Shown: positions 1-8,359, numbered from the stretch's first letter. The stretch: 14,481 nucleotides of DNA from Octopus sinensis (GCF_006345805.1 NW_021825788.1:1-14481); one strand, 5' to 3'. Translations and numbers: made by a program. Notes: a model not told the origin generated them from the sequence alone.

Positions 1-110
1 TCACGGTTGTAAGTTAGAGGGTTCGATTCCCACATCGGCAACGCGTGGTGTCTTAAGGCAATGGTTTTTCTTTCACGCCGCCCCTGTCCACTCAGCTGAA
101 AATAGAATGT
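1..110 (+). mobile_element. tRNA-derived SINE 5' head fragment, cut by the window edge
   Basis: B box GGTTCGATTCC at 20-30, followed by ...CCTGTCCACTCAGCTGAAAAT, homologous to the better-preserved head at 14316-14481. Confidence 0.65.
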
Positions 111-184
111 ATCTGCTGGGGAATGGAACCTTATTGTTGACTATTCGATCCAAATCCTGCAAAATACTAACGATCCTTGACCTG

Positions 185-388
185 GCTTTCTATCGGTTGC
201 AACGACAAGGGCTCTAGTTGACCCAGTCAACAGAACAATCAACAGTTGATCCAATCAATAGATCGTGCAAGTGGCTGAGTACTCCACAGACACACGTACC
301 CATAATGTAGTTCTCAGGGAGATTCTGCGTGACGCAGGATGTAACAATGCTGACCTTTCTGAACTACAGCTACTACTCATTTTTGCTA
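185..388 (-). mobile_element. Probable SINE 3'/central fragment
   Basis: The minus strand begins GCAAAAATGAGTAG, matching the AAATGAGT motif that follows the SINE head at 14453. The rest is recognised from memory as an octopus SINE body. It has a small internal duplication (agttgacc/agttgatcc, 218-258). Confidence 0.5.
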
Positions 389-639
389 TAATGACTATAG
401 ATCACTGGATGGTGAGCCACGGTATCGCCCTAGATGTGGGAATAGTTCTCCATTGTTGGTCTTGTTTGAAATTTGTTGAGAACCAACAAGTGATCGGAAC
501 CGAATAGGTTTGCTTTCCTGGCGGTGAAGAAGCAGTTTTATCTGTTGTGTATGTAGGTACAAAAGAAAATGTCATCAGAGATTGTTAGGTCAAGCACTAG
601 TAGAGAAGTCAGTTCTTTGGAGGTGTGTTCCCTACATCT

Positions 640-840
640 GTACCTGAATGACTGTGTGGTTAGGAACATTTTCCCACCACCTGGTTTCAGGTTCAGTCTC
701 AGTGTGCGGCACTGTTATCCTCGAGCCGACAAAAACTTTGTGAGTTAATTTGATATACGGGCATTGTGTGGAAACCTGTTGTGTGTGTCTCTCTCTATAT
801 ATATACATATACATACACACAAGTAAAAGATAAAAAAGTA
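640..840 (+). mobile_element. Degraded, internally deleted OK-type SINE
   Basis: GACTGTGTGGTTAG...CAGGTTCAGTCTCA...GCCGACAAAAACTTTGTGAGTTAATTTG aligns to the head of the 4257-4662 copy. It is followed by (GT)(CT)(TA) repeats and the tail CAAGTAAAAGATAAAAAAGTA. Confidence 0.55.
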
Positions 841-909
841 CGATATTCTTTTCTACTCGAGGTTCAAATATTACCTCTTCAGAGCATCTCAGGAAGTATA
901 TGAATGGCC

Positions 910-1160
910 ATTACGCATACACACTACTCGCACAACTACACACAAACACACAACTTCGCATTTATAAACACACACACATACACATACCTTCGCAGTTATA
1001 AGCATACACACACGCTCGTGACCCAAGAGATGCGCTATCTTAGAAGAGACTTGCTCAAGGCTCCACACATATACACACGCGTAATTTTACACACACACAA
1101 CACACACACACACACAAAGACCCACCCAGACCCACTCACCAAGAGACGCGCTATCATACA
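910..1160. repeat. Degenerate (CA)n-rich simple repeat
   Basis: CA/TACA runs, with an embedded 18-bp duplication ccaagaga(t/c)gcgctatc near 1023 and 1139. Confidence 0.85.
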
Positions 1161-1964
1161 AAATATTTGGCCAAGGAACCACACATTGCGATCGAACTGG
1201 AAGCTTCATATTCGTTAAGCCATCCTGTTAACCACACAACACATTGCTTGTGCTCTTGTAACTAAATTTTACACCATAAGCGACCAGTTAATACACAATC
1301 TATAACACAATGTGCAGTACATTGATTGCTTATTAAAGTTTTCTTTCCGTTACTTTCATGGGTAACTTCTGTAATTCACACAGAATGTACTAATGCTACA
1401 CATGTCACGATATATCTAGGCAAAGTATTTACCACACAAACATACCCCGAAGCCATATCGATAATATCGACGCATTTCTTTGAATGAATCATCCTTTTAC
1501 ATTCATCGTAATGTTAAGACGACGTATTGGCATAAGACGTTCGCTAATAAAGGAAGAATGAGCCGCCATTTTCATAATTTCTAGTCACTGCGCTTACCTG
1601 ACATTTCTCTCGGTGGTCTTTTGTTGCCGAGTCAAGATAAAATGTGAAGAATACAATAGCGAGAAGCCAATGTAATCGCAAAATCTTAAATCTATTTAGC
1701 TGTTATTACTAGCACAATAATATTTATTACAGGGCATCATTAATTCATTTAGTTGGACGTACATTGTGTAAAAGCAGCTTGTTAGGACTTGGAGTTTAAA
1801 TGGCGTTCGCAGTGAAAGAGATTTATGCATCGCAGTGTTTGTTAATTAAAATAGCATCGCCTTCTTTTAATTCGCTCACTCGTTCGTTAATTTATTCTTC
1901 ACTGTCTTTCACTCTACATTTATGTCCTCCTTTCATTGTCACTAGGGATATTTTCAGAAACGGG

Positions 1965-2127
1965 AACACATACACATATACACACACACATCAGTATGTG
2001 CGCGCAAACACACGCTCGCACACATACACCTACGCGAACATGTACACACTCCAACACGCACACATATACACATATTGTTAAAACTTCGGGCGTGTGCGTA
2101 CGTGTGTGTGTATGTGAGTGTGTGTGT

Positions 2128-2171
<44 letters not shown>

Positions 2172-2468
2172 GTATTGTTTACCGCGAGAGCAGTGCATAA
2201 CTGTGTGTATCCGAGCGTGTGTGTATGTGTGTGTGAGAGTGTGTGCGTGTGTGTGTGTGTGTGTTTGTGTGTGCGTGAGTGTTTGTGTGTATATATATAT
2301 ACATACTATTGTTTACCGCGAGGGCAGAGCATAACTGTGTGCGTTTGAGAGAGCGCGTGTGTGTATGTGTGTGTGAATGTGTGTGTGAATGTGTGTGTAT
2401 ATATGCGTCTGAGAGTGTGAGTGTGTGGTGCGTGTGTGTGTGTGCGCGCGCGCGCGCGTGTGTGTGCA
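1965..2468. repeat. Compound (CA)n/(TA)n/(GT)n/(CG)n microsatellite
   Basis: Directly visible dinucleotide runs; includes a 35-bp direct repeat at 2173-2207 and 2307-2341. Confidence 0.9.
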
Positions 2469-2469
2469 T

Positions 2470-2785
2470 TGATGGGTACAGGACGTCACCAACTGTGTAA
2501 ACAACATGAAATACGTAGACAAACGAGTTAAATACGTAAACAACGAGAGAAAAAAATTGAAGACAGGACAAGTAAACACAGAGAAACAAGCCTTCATCAG
2601 TTGTCGGTTGTCTAACTACTCCTCATTTCGAGCATTCAAACGACAATATAAGTCTCTTCAAAGACAGCTGCTCCCATAAATTCTAAAATAAAATTTAGGA
2701 TTTATGGGGTGAGGGGGACAAAAACAGGACAGTGGAGACATGCAAAGAAACCGAACGAAAATAAACATGGAGGGTAGCCAATACT
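2470..2785 (-). mobile_element. Interspersed repeat fragment, probably a Penelope-like or retrozyme-like terminal region
   Basis: Non-microsatellite island between microsatellites. The minus strand carries CTGATGAAGG and CGAAA hammerhead-type motifs, which are known from Penelope-like element terminal repeats, plus a strong hairpin at 2673-2708. Family assignment is inference. Confidence 0.45.
2583..2652 (-). ncRNA. Candidate hammerhead-like ribozyme with non-canonical strand order
   Basis: Minus RNA: CUUA-UA / UUGUCG uuu GAAUGCUC-GAAA-UGAG (15 nt) CGACAA-CUGAUGA-A-GGCUUGUUUC. Stem I is 6/6, stem III is 5 bp with one G-U, and stem II is weak in this copy. Confidence 0.3.
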
Positions 2786-2789
2786 ACGC

Positions 2790-2839
2790 ACGCGTATATA
2801 TATACATACATACAATATATATATATATATATAATATAT

Positions 2840-2902
<63 letters not shown>
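2790..2902. repeat. (TA)n microsatellite
   Basis: Long TA run with a few interruptions. Confidence 0.95.
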
Positions 2903-2909
<7 letters not shown>

Positions 2910-3024
2910 TATATCTAATGTAGGATAAAATTCTTTCGAAAAAAATCTTATCAATGGCCAGCATATTAAAAAATACCTTTAAAGGTTAAATTATAAACAA
3001 CTTATAAATAAATCTTATAAATCT

Positions 3025-3243
3025 TATAAATCTCTCGACTATCGCGGACGTTACGTTCGAAAAGTCCCCGCAATAGGCGAAAATCCGCAAAGTAGAAGCA
3101 GTACTGTATTGTATATTCTTTTTATTATTTTTATATGTATATATTTATTTTATTATAAATGCAAAACCACACCACGGAGGAAACAACGGAGCCTTAAATA
3201 ATAAACCGCGATAAGTGAACCGCGATATAGCGGTGGATTACTC
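3025..3243. mobile_element. Tigger/pogo-like non-autonomous DNA transposon (MITE), degraded
   Basis: Left end taaatctctcgactatcgcgg resembles the reverse complement of the right end, gagtaatccaccgctatatcgcgg. TA follows the right end (3244-3245). The terminus resembles CAGTA(A/G)TCCCTCGCTATATCGCGG-type pogo/Tigger ends. Confidence 0.6.
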
Positions 3244-3245
3244 TA

Positions 3246-3302
<57 letters not shown>
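3246..3302. repeat. (GT)/(TA)n microsatellite
   Basis: Direct repeat run. Confidence 0.95.
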
Positions 3303-3305
<3 letters not shown>

Positions 3306-3307
3306 GT

Positions 3308-3396
3308 TTATCTTTTACTTATTTCAGGCATTAGACTGTGGCCATGCTGGGGCACTGCCATGAAGAATTTTTAGTCGAATGAATCCACCCCAGTAC

Positions 3397-3437
<41 letters not shown>

Positions 3438-3761
3438 GTAAACATTGGGACTTATTCTATCGGGTTCTATAGCCGAACCACTAGGTTTCGGGGATGTAAC
3501 TACACAAACATTAGTTGCCAAGCTGTGGTGTGGAGGAAACACAGACCATAAGACACGCCCACGCACATAGATATACTTATATATATATATATATATATAC
3601 AACGAGCTATATTCAGTTCCCATCTACCAAATCCACTCACAAGTGTTTGGTTGGCCTGAGACTATTGTAGAAAACACCTACCAAAGGTGCCATGCTGTGG
3701 TATTGAACCCGGAATCTTGTGGTTAGGTCTCAAGCTTCTTAGCACACCGTCATATCTGCAC
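3308..3761 (-). mobile_element. Near full-length OK-type SINE (older, diverged copy)
   Basis: Colinear with 4257-4662 along its whole length: tail cttttacttatttcag, body gactgtggccatgctggggcac, internal (TA)n, head ctaccaaatccactcacaag...ttgaacccgg. Internal (TTA)n expansion at 3397-3437. Confidence 0.85.
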
Positions 3762-4059
3762 GTTAGCATTTGAGAATTAAGCCAAACGTCTTTAATTGAA
3801 CTCAAGATTCTCGAAACACTGCGCATGACAGATCGATATCAAATGAATTTTCTCTTTTCTTATGTTAAAATTGAAACAGAGTTTAGCGTTAAATTTTTCT
3901 TTTCTTAAATAATTTTCAAGATTTGTGACTTTGATAGAATATATCCATGGAGATTGACTTTAATTTAAATGTTATTAATAATTCTCAACATAACACGTAG
4001 GCTTGCCTCAAACAAGGAAATAAATGGTGCTGCAGCACAATGTTTCGTTCTTTGTGTTT

Positions 4060-4128
4060 TTAGATGTTATGGAAGGTAGTTTAAGGAAGATTTGACTGCT
4101 ATTTCTAGCAGATTGAGCCAGCACGTGA
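4060..4128 (-). repeat. Short dispersed repeat (retroposon 3' fragment)
   Basis: Minus strand CTCAATCTGCTAGAAATAGCAGTCAAATCTTCC matches plus-strand copies near 8385-8425 and 8640-8665. Confidence 0.55.
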
Positions 4129-4130
4129 AG

Positions 4131-4758
4131 CAGTGATTTTCAACCAATTTTATTTTTCTATGGAACCCTTTGATTACTATTTTACTCGTATGGAGCCTCC
4201 TAGCCATTCGGTGTTTTAAAAAATCGTATTGTATTTTGATGATTAATTATTATTAATACTCTTTTACTCTTTTACTTGTTTCAGTCATTTGACTGCGGCC
4301 ATGATGGAGCACCGCCTTTAATCGAGCAAATCGACCCCAGGAATTATTCTTTGTAAGCCTAGTACTTATTCTATCGGTCTCTTTTGCCGAACCGCTAGGT
4401 TACGGGGACGTAAACACAACACCATCGGTTGTCAAGCGATGTTGGGGGGACAAACACAGACACACAAACAGATACACACTCATACATATATATATATACA
4501 TATATATGACGGGTTTATTTCAGTTTCCGTCTACCAAATCCAGGCTTTGGTCGGCCCGAGGCTACAGTAGAAGACACTTACCCAAGATGCCACGCAGTGG
4601 GACTGAACCCAAAACCATGTGGTTGGTAAGCAAGCTACTTACCACACAGCCACTCCTGCGCCTGATATTAAAAATGTGTTAATATATTTGGTGTATTGTA
4701 CAAATATAACCAATTTATTGCCCCTAAATCTTATATGAACCCGGATTGAGAACCACTA
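4131..4758. mobile_element. hAT/Charlie-like MITE interrupted by a SINE
   Basis: Left terminus CAGTGATTTTCAACC; right terminus reverse-complements to TAGTGGTTCTCAATCC. The 8-bp target duplication is not clean (acgtgaag vs atataaag, three transitions). About 220 bp long once the SINE is removed. Confidence 0.65.
4257..4662 (-). mobile_element. Full-length OK-type tRNA-derived SINE
   Basis: Minus strand: GGCGCAGGAG, A box TGGCTGTGTGG, B box GGTTCAGTCCC, internal (TA)/(GT) repeat, 3' body and (AAAAGAGT)n tail. Confidence 0.9.
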
Positions 4759-4968
4759 TATAAAGGTTTGAGCATGCTGATCTGGAAATCAGAACAGACG
4801 ATAGGTTGTCAAATGGAGGCTTAATTATTATATTCTTGAAAAATGAATGCGATTTTTGCCATCAACATGCAAAAACTACATAGGAACTACATTTTTCGAA
4901 AATAATCTAGTGAAGATTTGAAAAACTTGAAGAGGTTTGAACAGTGCTGATGCAATATTTTCCGCCTT

Positions 4969-5590
4969 TTAAGGCGGCGAGCTGGCAGAAACGTTAGCGC
5001 GCCGGGAGAAATGCTGAGCGATATTTCGTCTGTCTTTATGTTGTTCTGAGTTCAAATTCCGCCGAGGTCAACTTTGCCTTTCATCCTTTCGGGGTCGATA
5101 AAATAAGTACCAGGTACGCTCTGGACTCGATATAATCGACTTAATCCCTTTGTCTGTCCTTGTTTGTCCTCTCTATGTGTAGCCCCTAGTGGGCTGTAAA
5201 GAAATAAGAAACATTAGCGCGCTGGGCGAAATGCATAGCAGTATTTTGTCTGCCGCTACGTTCTGAGTTCAAATTCCGCCGAGGTCGACTTTGCCTTTCA
5301 TCCTTTCGGGGTCGATTAAATAAGTACCAGTTACGCACTGGGGTCGATATAATCGACTTAATCCCTTCGTCTGTCCTAGTTTGTCCCCTCTGTGTTTAGC
5401 CCCTTGTGGGTAGTAAAGAAATAGGTATTATTTTGTCTTTATGTTGTTCTGAGTTCAAATTCCGCCGAGGTCAACTTTGCCTTTAATCCATTCAGGGTCG
5501 ATAAATTAAGTACCAGTTGCGTACTGGAGTCGATCTAATCGCCTGGCCTCTTCCCCCCAAATTTCGAGCCTTGTGCCTAGAGTAGAAAGG
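4969..5590 (+). mobile_element. Head-to-tail trimer of OR-type tRNA-derived SINEs
   Basis: Units at ~4971-5206, 5207-5423 and 5424-5590, each with B box GAGTTCAAATTCC. Only unit 1 has the A-box head (TGGCAGAAACG). The array is flanked by an exact 15-bp repeat, AATATTTTCCGCCTT, at 4954-4968 and 5591-5605. Confidence 0.9.
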
Positions 5591-5638
5591 AATATTTTCC
5601 GCCTTGTACAACTGCTGAAGCGCTTACGTCGTCGTTTA

Positions 5639-5666
5639 GACAGACAGACAGACAGATAGATAGATA
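5639..5666. repeat. (AGAC)n(AGAT)n microsatellite
   Basis: Direct repeat run. Confidence 0.9.
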
Positions 5667-5749
5667 GCTACAAATGAGATAAGAATGAGAGAGGGATCAA
5701 ATGAATTAGTGAGGGAGTAGGCGGGGTTATGTTACTCTCTTTCGTGTTC

Positions 5750-6590
5750 CATATTACTGTCACTCTATCATTTCTAGTACTAACATCGAATAACAACATA
5801 ACGACATTATAACATGGAACGAGAGGCTGTTCATAGAAGCCACCGTTTTTTTTTTGTTTTTTTTTTTCATTGAGCCAGAAATTAAGATGAAATTAAATGA
5901 CAATTGCATACAATTATGTTATGATTCTTGACACCATTATTGTTTTTGACGTTCATTAAAGAGAAAGACAGGACTGAAAACAACAACAACAACAACAACA
6001 ACAAAAACGGAAAGCAAGTAAAACGAAAAAAAAAAAGAAGAGGCATAAAAGAACGAAAGGAAGGGAGATAATAAAGCGACTGACAATTGCTGTGTGTCTC
6101 ACACGTGCCTGTCCCTCAACGTTATCATTTCAGAGATTTTTTTTTTCATTCTCTTTCTTTTCTCTTTCCATTCTTTCTTTTCCTTCATATCACCTACCCA
6201 CTTTTTTCTTTTTATTACAACCCTTATCCGGCTGCATTTCTTTTTATTCATTTTTCCTTCTCTCTCACTATTTTGTTTTTCTCCCCTTTTTTTCCCCCTT
6301 CCCACTTTCTCACCTCTTCCCTTCCTCTCCAACCCACCTGCACTCCCCCCGACTCATTATACCGCTGTTCCTTAGATGACAAGTTTATGTATGCCAGCCA
6401 GCTAATCAGCCTGCTTGATGTCAAGAGACATACGACCAGGCGAAGTGACAATTGCAAAGTGATCTATGCACCCCAGAAGTACTACTTATCCACGGCGTTG
6501 CCATTGTTTTAACCCGACAGTTGACAGTTGTCGTGTTTTCTGCGCACGCGCCCTGTCTCTTTAGACACAGACGTTGACAGCGACAACCTT
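5750..6590. promoter_or_regulatory. Candidate cis-regulatory element with clustered TGACA (TALE-homeodomain-type) motifs
   Basis: TGACA or TGTCA at 5758, 5898, 5929, 6081, 6377, 6419, 6446, 6522 and 6575; exact TGACAATTGC three times. Function is inferred. Confidence 0.35.
5979..6003. repeat. (AAC)n microsatellite
   Basis: About 8 units. Confidence 0.9.
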
Positions 6591-7495
6591 TCTCTCTCCT
6601 CCTTTCCCTCACTCTCCCTGTACCTTTCTCTCCCTCTTCTTCTTTCTCAAATACGTTTTCTTGTTCGTTCTTTTTTTCTCTCCTTCTTTCTGTATCTCTC
6701 TCTTTCTTTCTCTCTCTCTCTCTCTCTCTTTCCCTCTCACTGTCTGCCTCTCTTACACTTTGAATATGTGCCTTTCTCGCTCTTTTTCCTCAAGTACATT
6801 TTCTCGTTCGTTATTTTTCTTTCCTTCCCCATCTCTCTCGTTTACTTCTCCGTGTCCTGCACTTTATAAAACTTTCTCTCCGTTTTCTTTCTCAGATACG
6901 TTTTCTCCTTCGTTCTTTTTCTCTCCTCTCTCTTTCTTTCTCTCTTATTCTCCTTGTTCCAGATTCACACTCTCAACTATTTTTCTGCCACCAACACTCG
7001 TTCATTCATTCACACATTCACTATCCAATAATTCATTAAATCATTTTTCTTTCATCCATTTACACACTCTCGTTCGCGCACTCCCACTTATTTGTTTATT
7101 CCTCTACACAGTCATTCCATTGCGAACTCACTCACTCACTCACTCATTCATTCTCTTTCTCTTTCCTTCCCTTCCTTAAACTCTGTTATTCATTCTCAAC
7201 TTCATTCACTCCCTCTCTCTTACCTTCCTCTCTTACTCATTCACTCCCTACCTTCATCAGTCTTCAAACCTCACCATCATTGCCTTTTTTCATTCCTTCA
7301 TCATTTATCTCCTCCCTTCAACGAAATTCTTTCTTTCTCATCACTCATTCATTCACTTACTCTTTCTTTCTCTGTCCCTCTTTCCCTCCCTAAATACTAA
7401 CTCATCCATTATCGCCATCATTCACTCCCTTCCTCCCCATCTCTCTCTAACTCCTTAAAAATCCACCCCCGCATCCTCTCTCTTTTCATCCTTTT
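6120..7495 (+). repeat. Long pyrimidine-rich low-complexity tract (CT/TTC/TCAT repeats)
   Basis: Plus strand dominated by C and T, interrupted only by the ~220-bp island at 6370-6590. Confidence 0.9.
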
Positions 7496-7539
7496 CAATG
7501 ACACAAACCCTAATCGCTTTGATGTTAGCGATACAAGAC

Positions 7540-7615
7540 ATGGCGACAAGATGACAAGATGACAGGGTGACGAGGTGACAAACCAACTGAGTTTATATGG
7601 TGACAAAATGACACG
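7540..7615. repeat. Degenerate 8-bp tandem repeat (RTGACAAG-like)
   Basis: gcgacaag atgacaag atgacagg gtgacgag gtgacaaa, then two further units near 7600-7613. Confidence 0.6.
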
Positions 7616-7927
7616 ATGCCCGACTAGATTTCTTGTTATATACAATAATACAATTAACCTCTACCATATACATACTGCAATCATATTTCCCTGACAAATG
7701 AAGAGATAACATCTCCATTTGAACGATAACAAATGAGCTACGATTTCCACCACTGTCATCCATTAAAGATGTCGTTTTTGGACTGTTCTGGATTGGACTG
7801 TGCTGCCGCTGTTGTGGCAGCAACGCCACCTACATGAGAAATTTTCTCTGCGCATCAGATCAGAATAAAGCACTGGCACTAAAACAAGCACGATCGTCAC
7901 TGCCGCTATCACCCCCTGCCCCCACGC

Positions 7928-7928
<1 letters not shown>

Positions 7929-7970
<42 letters not shown>

Positions 7971-8025
7971 GTCATCGTCGTCGTCGTCGTCTTTATCATC
8001 GTCATCATCTTCGTCGTCAACGTCG

Positions 8026-8062
<37 letters not shown>

Positions 8063-8352
8063 ATTCTTTTTCTTCATCACAAGCAGCGGTAGTAGCAGCA
8101 GCAACAACAGTAGCAGTAGCAAAGCATCCTCATCATCATCATGATCAGCAGCAGCAGCAGTGGCAACAGCAGCGGCCGTGGCAGTAGCAACAGCAGAGGC
8201 AGTAGGCGTAGCAGTACCCCTATCCCATCATCATTATCATGATCATCACCACCACCATATTTTTAGCACCCCCATCACCACCACAACCATCATCACATTA
8301 CCCATCACCATCAACACCAGTACCACCGCTACCACCACCGCAACCATCATCG
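7929..8352. repeat. Compound trinucleotide repeat (ATC/GTC, then AGC/AAC/AGT, then ATC/ACC)
   Basis: Directly visible; source of the poly-S, poly-M, poly-Q and poly-T ORFs. Confidence 0.95.
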
Positions 8353-8359
8353 TCAAAGA

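Noticed and set aside
265-507. 80-aa ORF starting at GTG
   Set aside because: Overlaps a minus-strand SINE fragment; no recognisable domain or splice context.
1200-1930. AT-rich unique stretch with TAAT/TTTAT homeodomain-like words
   Set aside because: Such words are expected at this AT content; no clear repeated motif or structure.
904-2597. Many H/T/Y/V/C-rich ORFs on both strands
   Set aside because: Translations of CA, GT and TA microsatellites, which lack stops in several frames.
4969-5590. CRISPR-like or satellite interpretation of the repeated units
   Set aside because: Units are ~170-240-bp SINE bodies with Pol III B boxes and no repeat-spacer architecture, in a eukaryotic context.
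6087-7400. F/S/L-rich ORFs up to 201 aa, and E/K/R-rich ORFs on the minus strand
   Set aside because: Products of the polypyrimidine tract; no domain signal.
7802-7821. Small hairpin gctgccgc-tgtt-gtggcagc
   Set aside because: Only 8 bp; too short for a pre-miRNA and does not extend.
7763-8129. Poly-M and poly-D frames on the minus strand, and a fake signal-peptide-like poly-L
   Set aside because: Alternative readings of (ATC)n and (AGC)n; the poly-D frame is bounded by stops at 8130 and 7860 and has no start codon.
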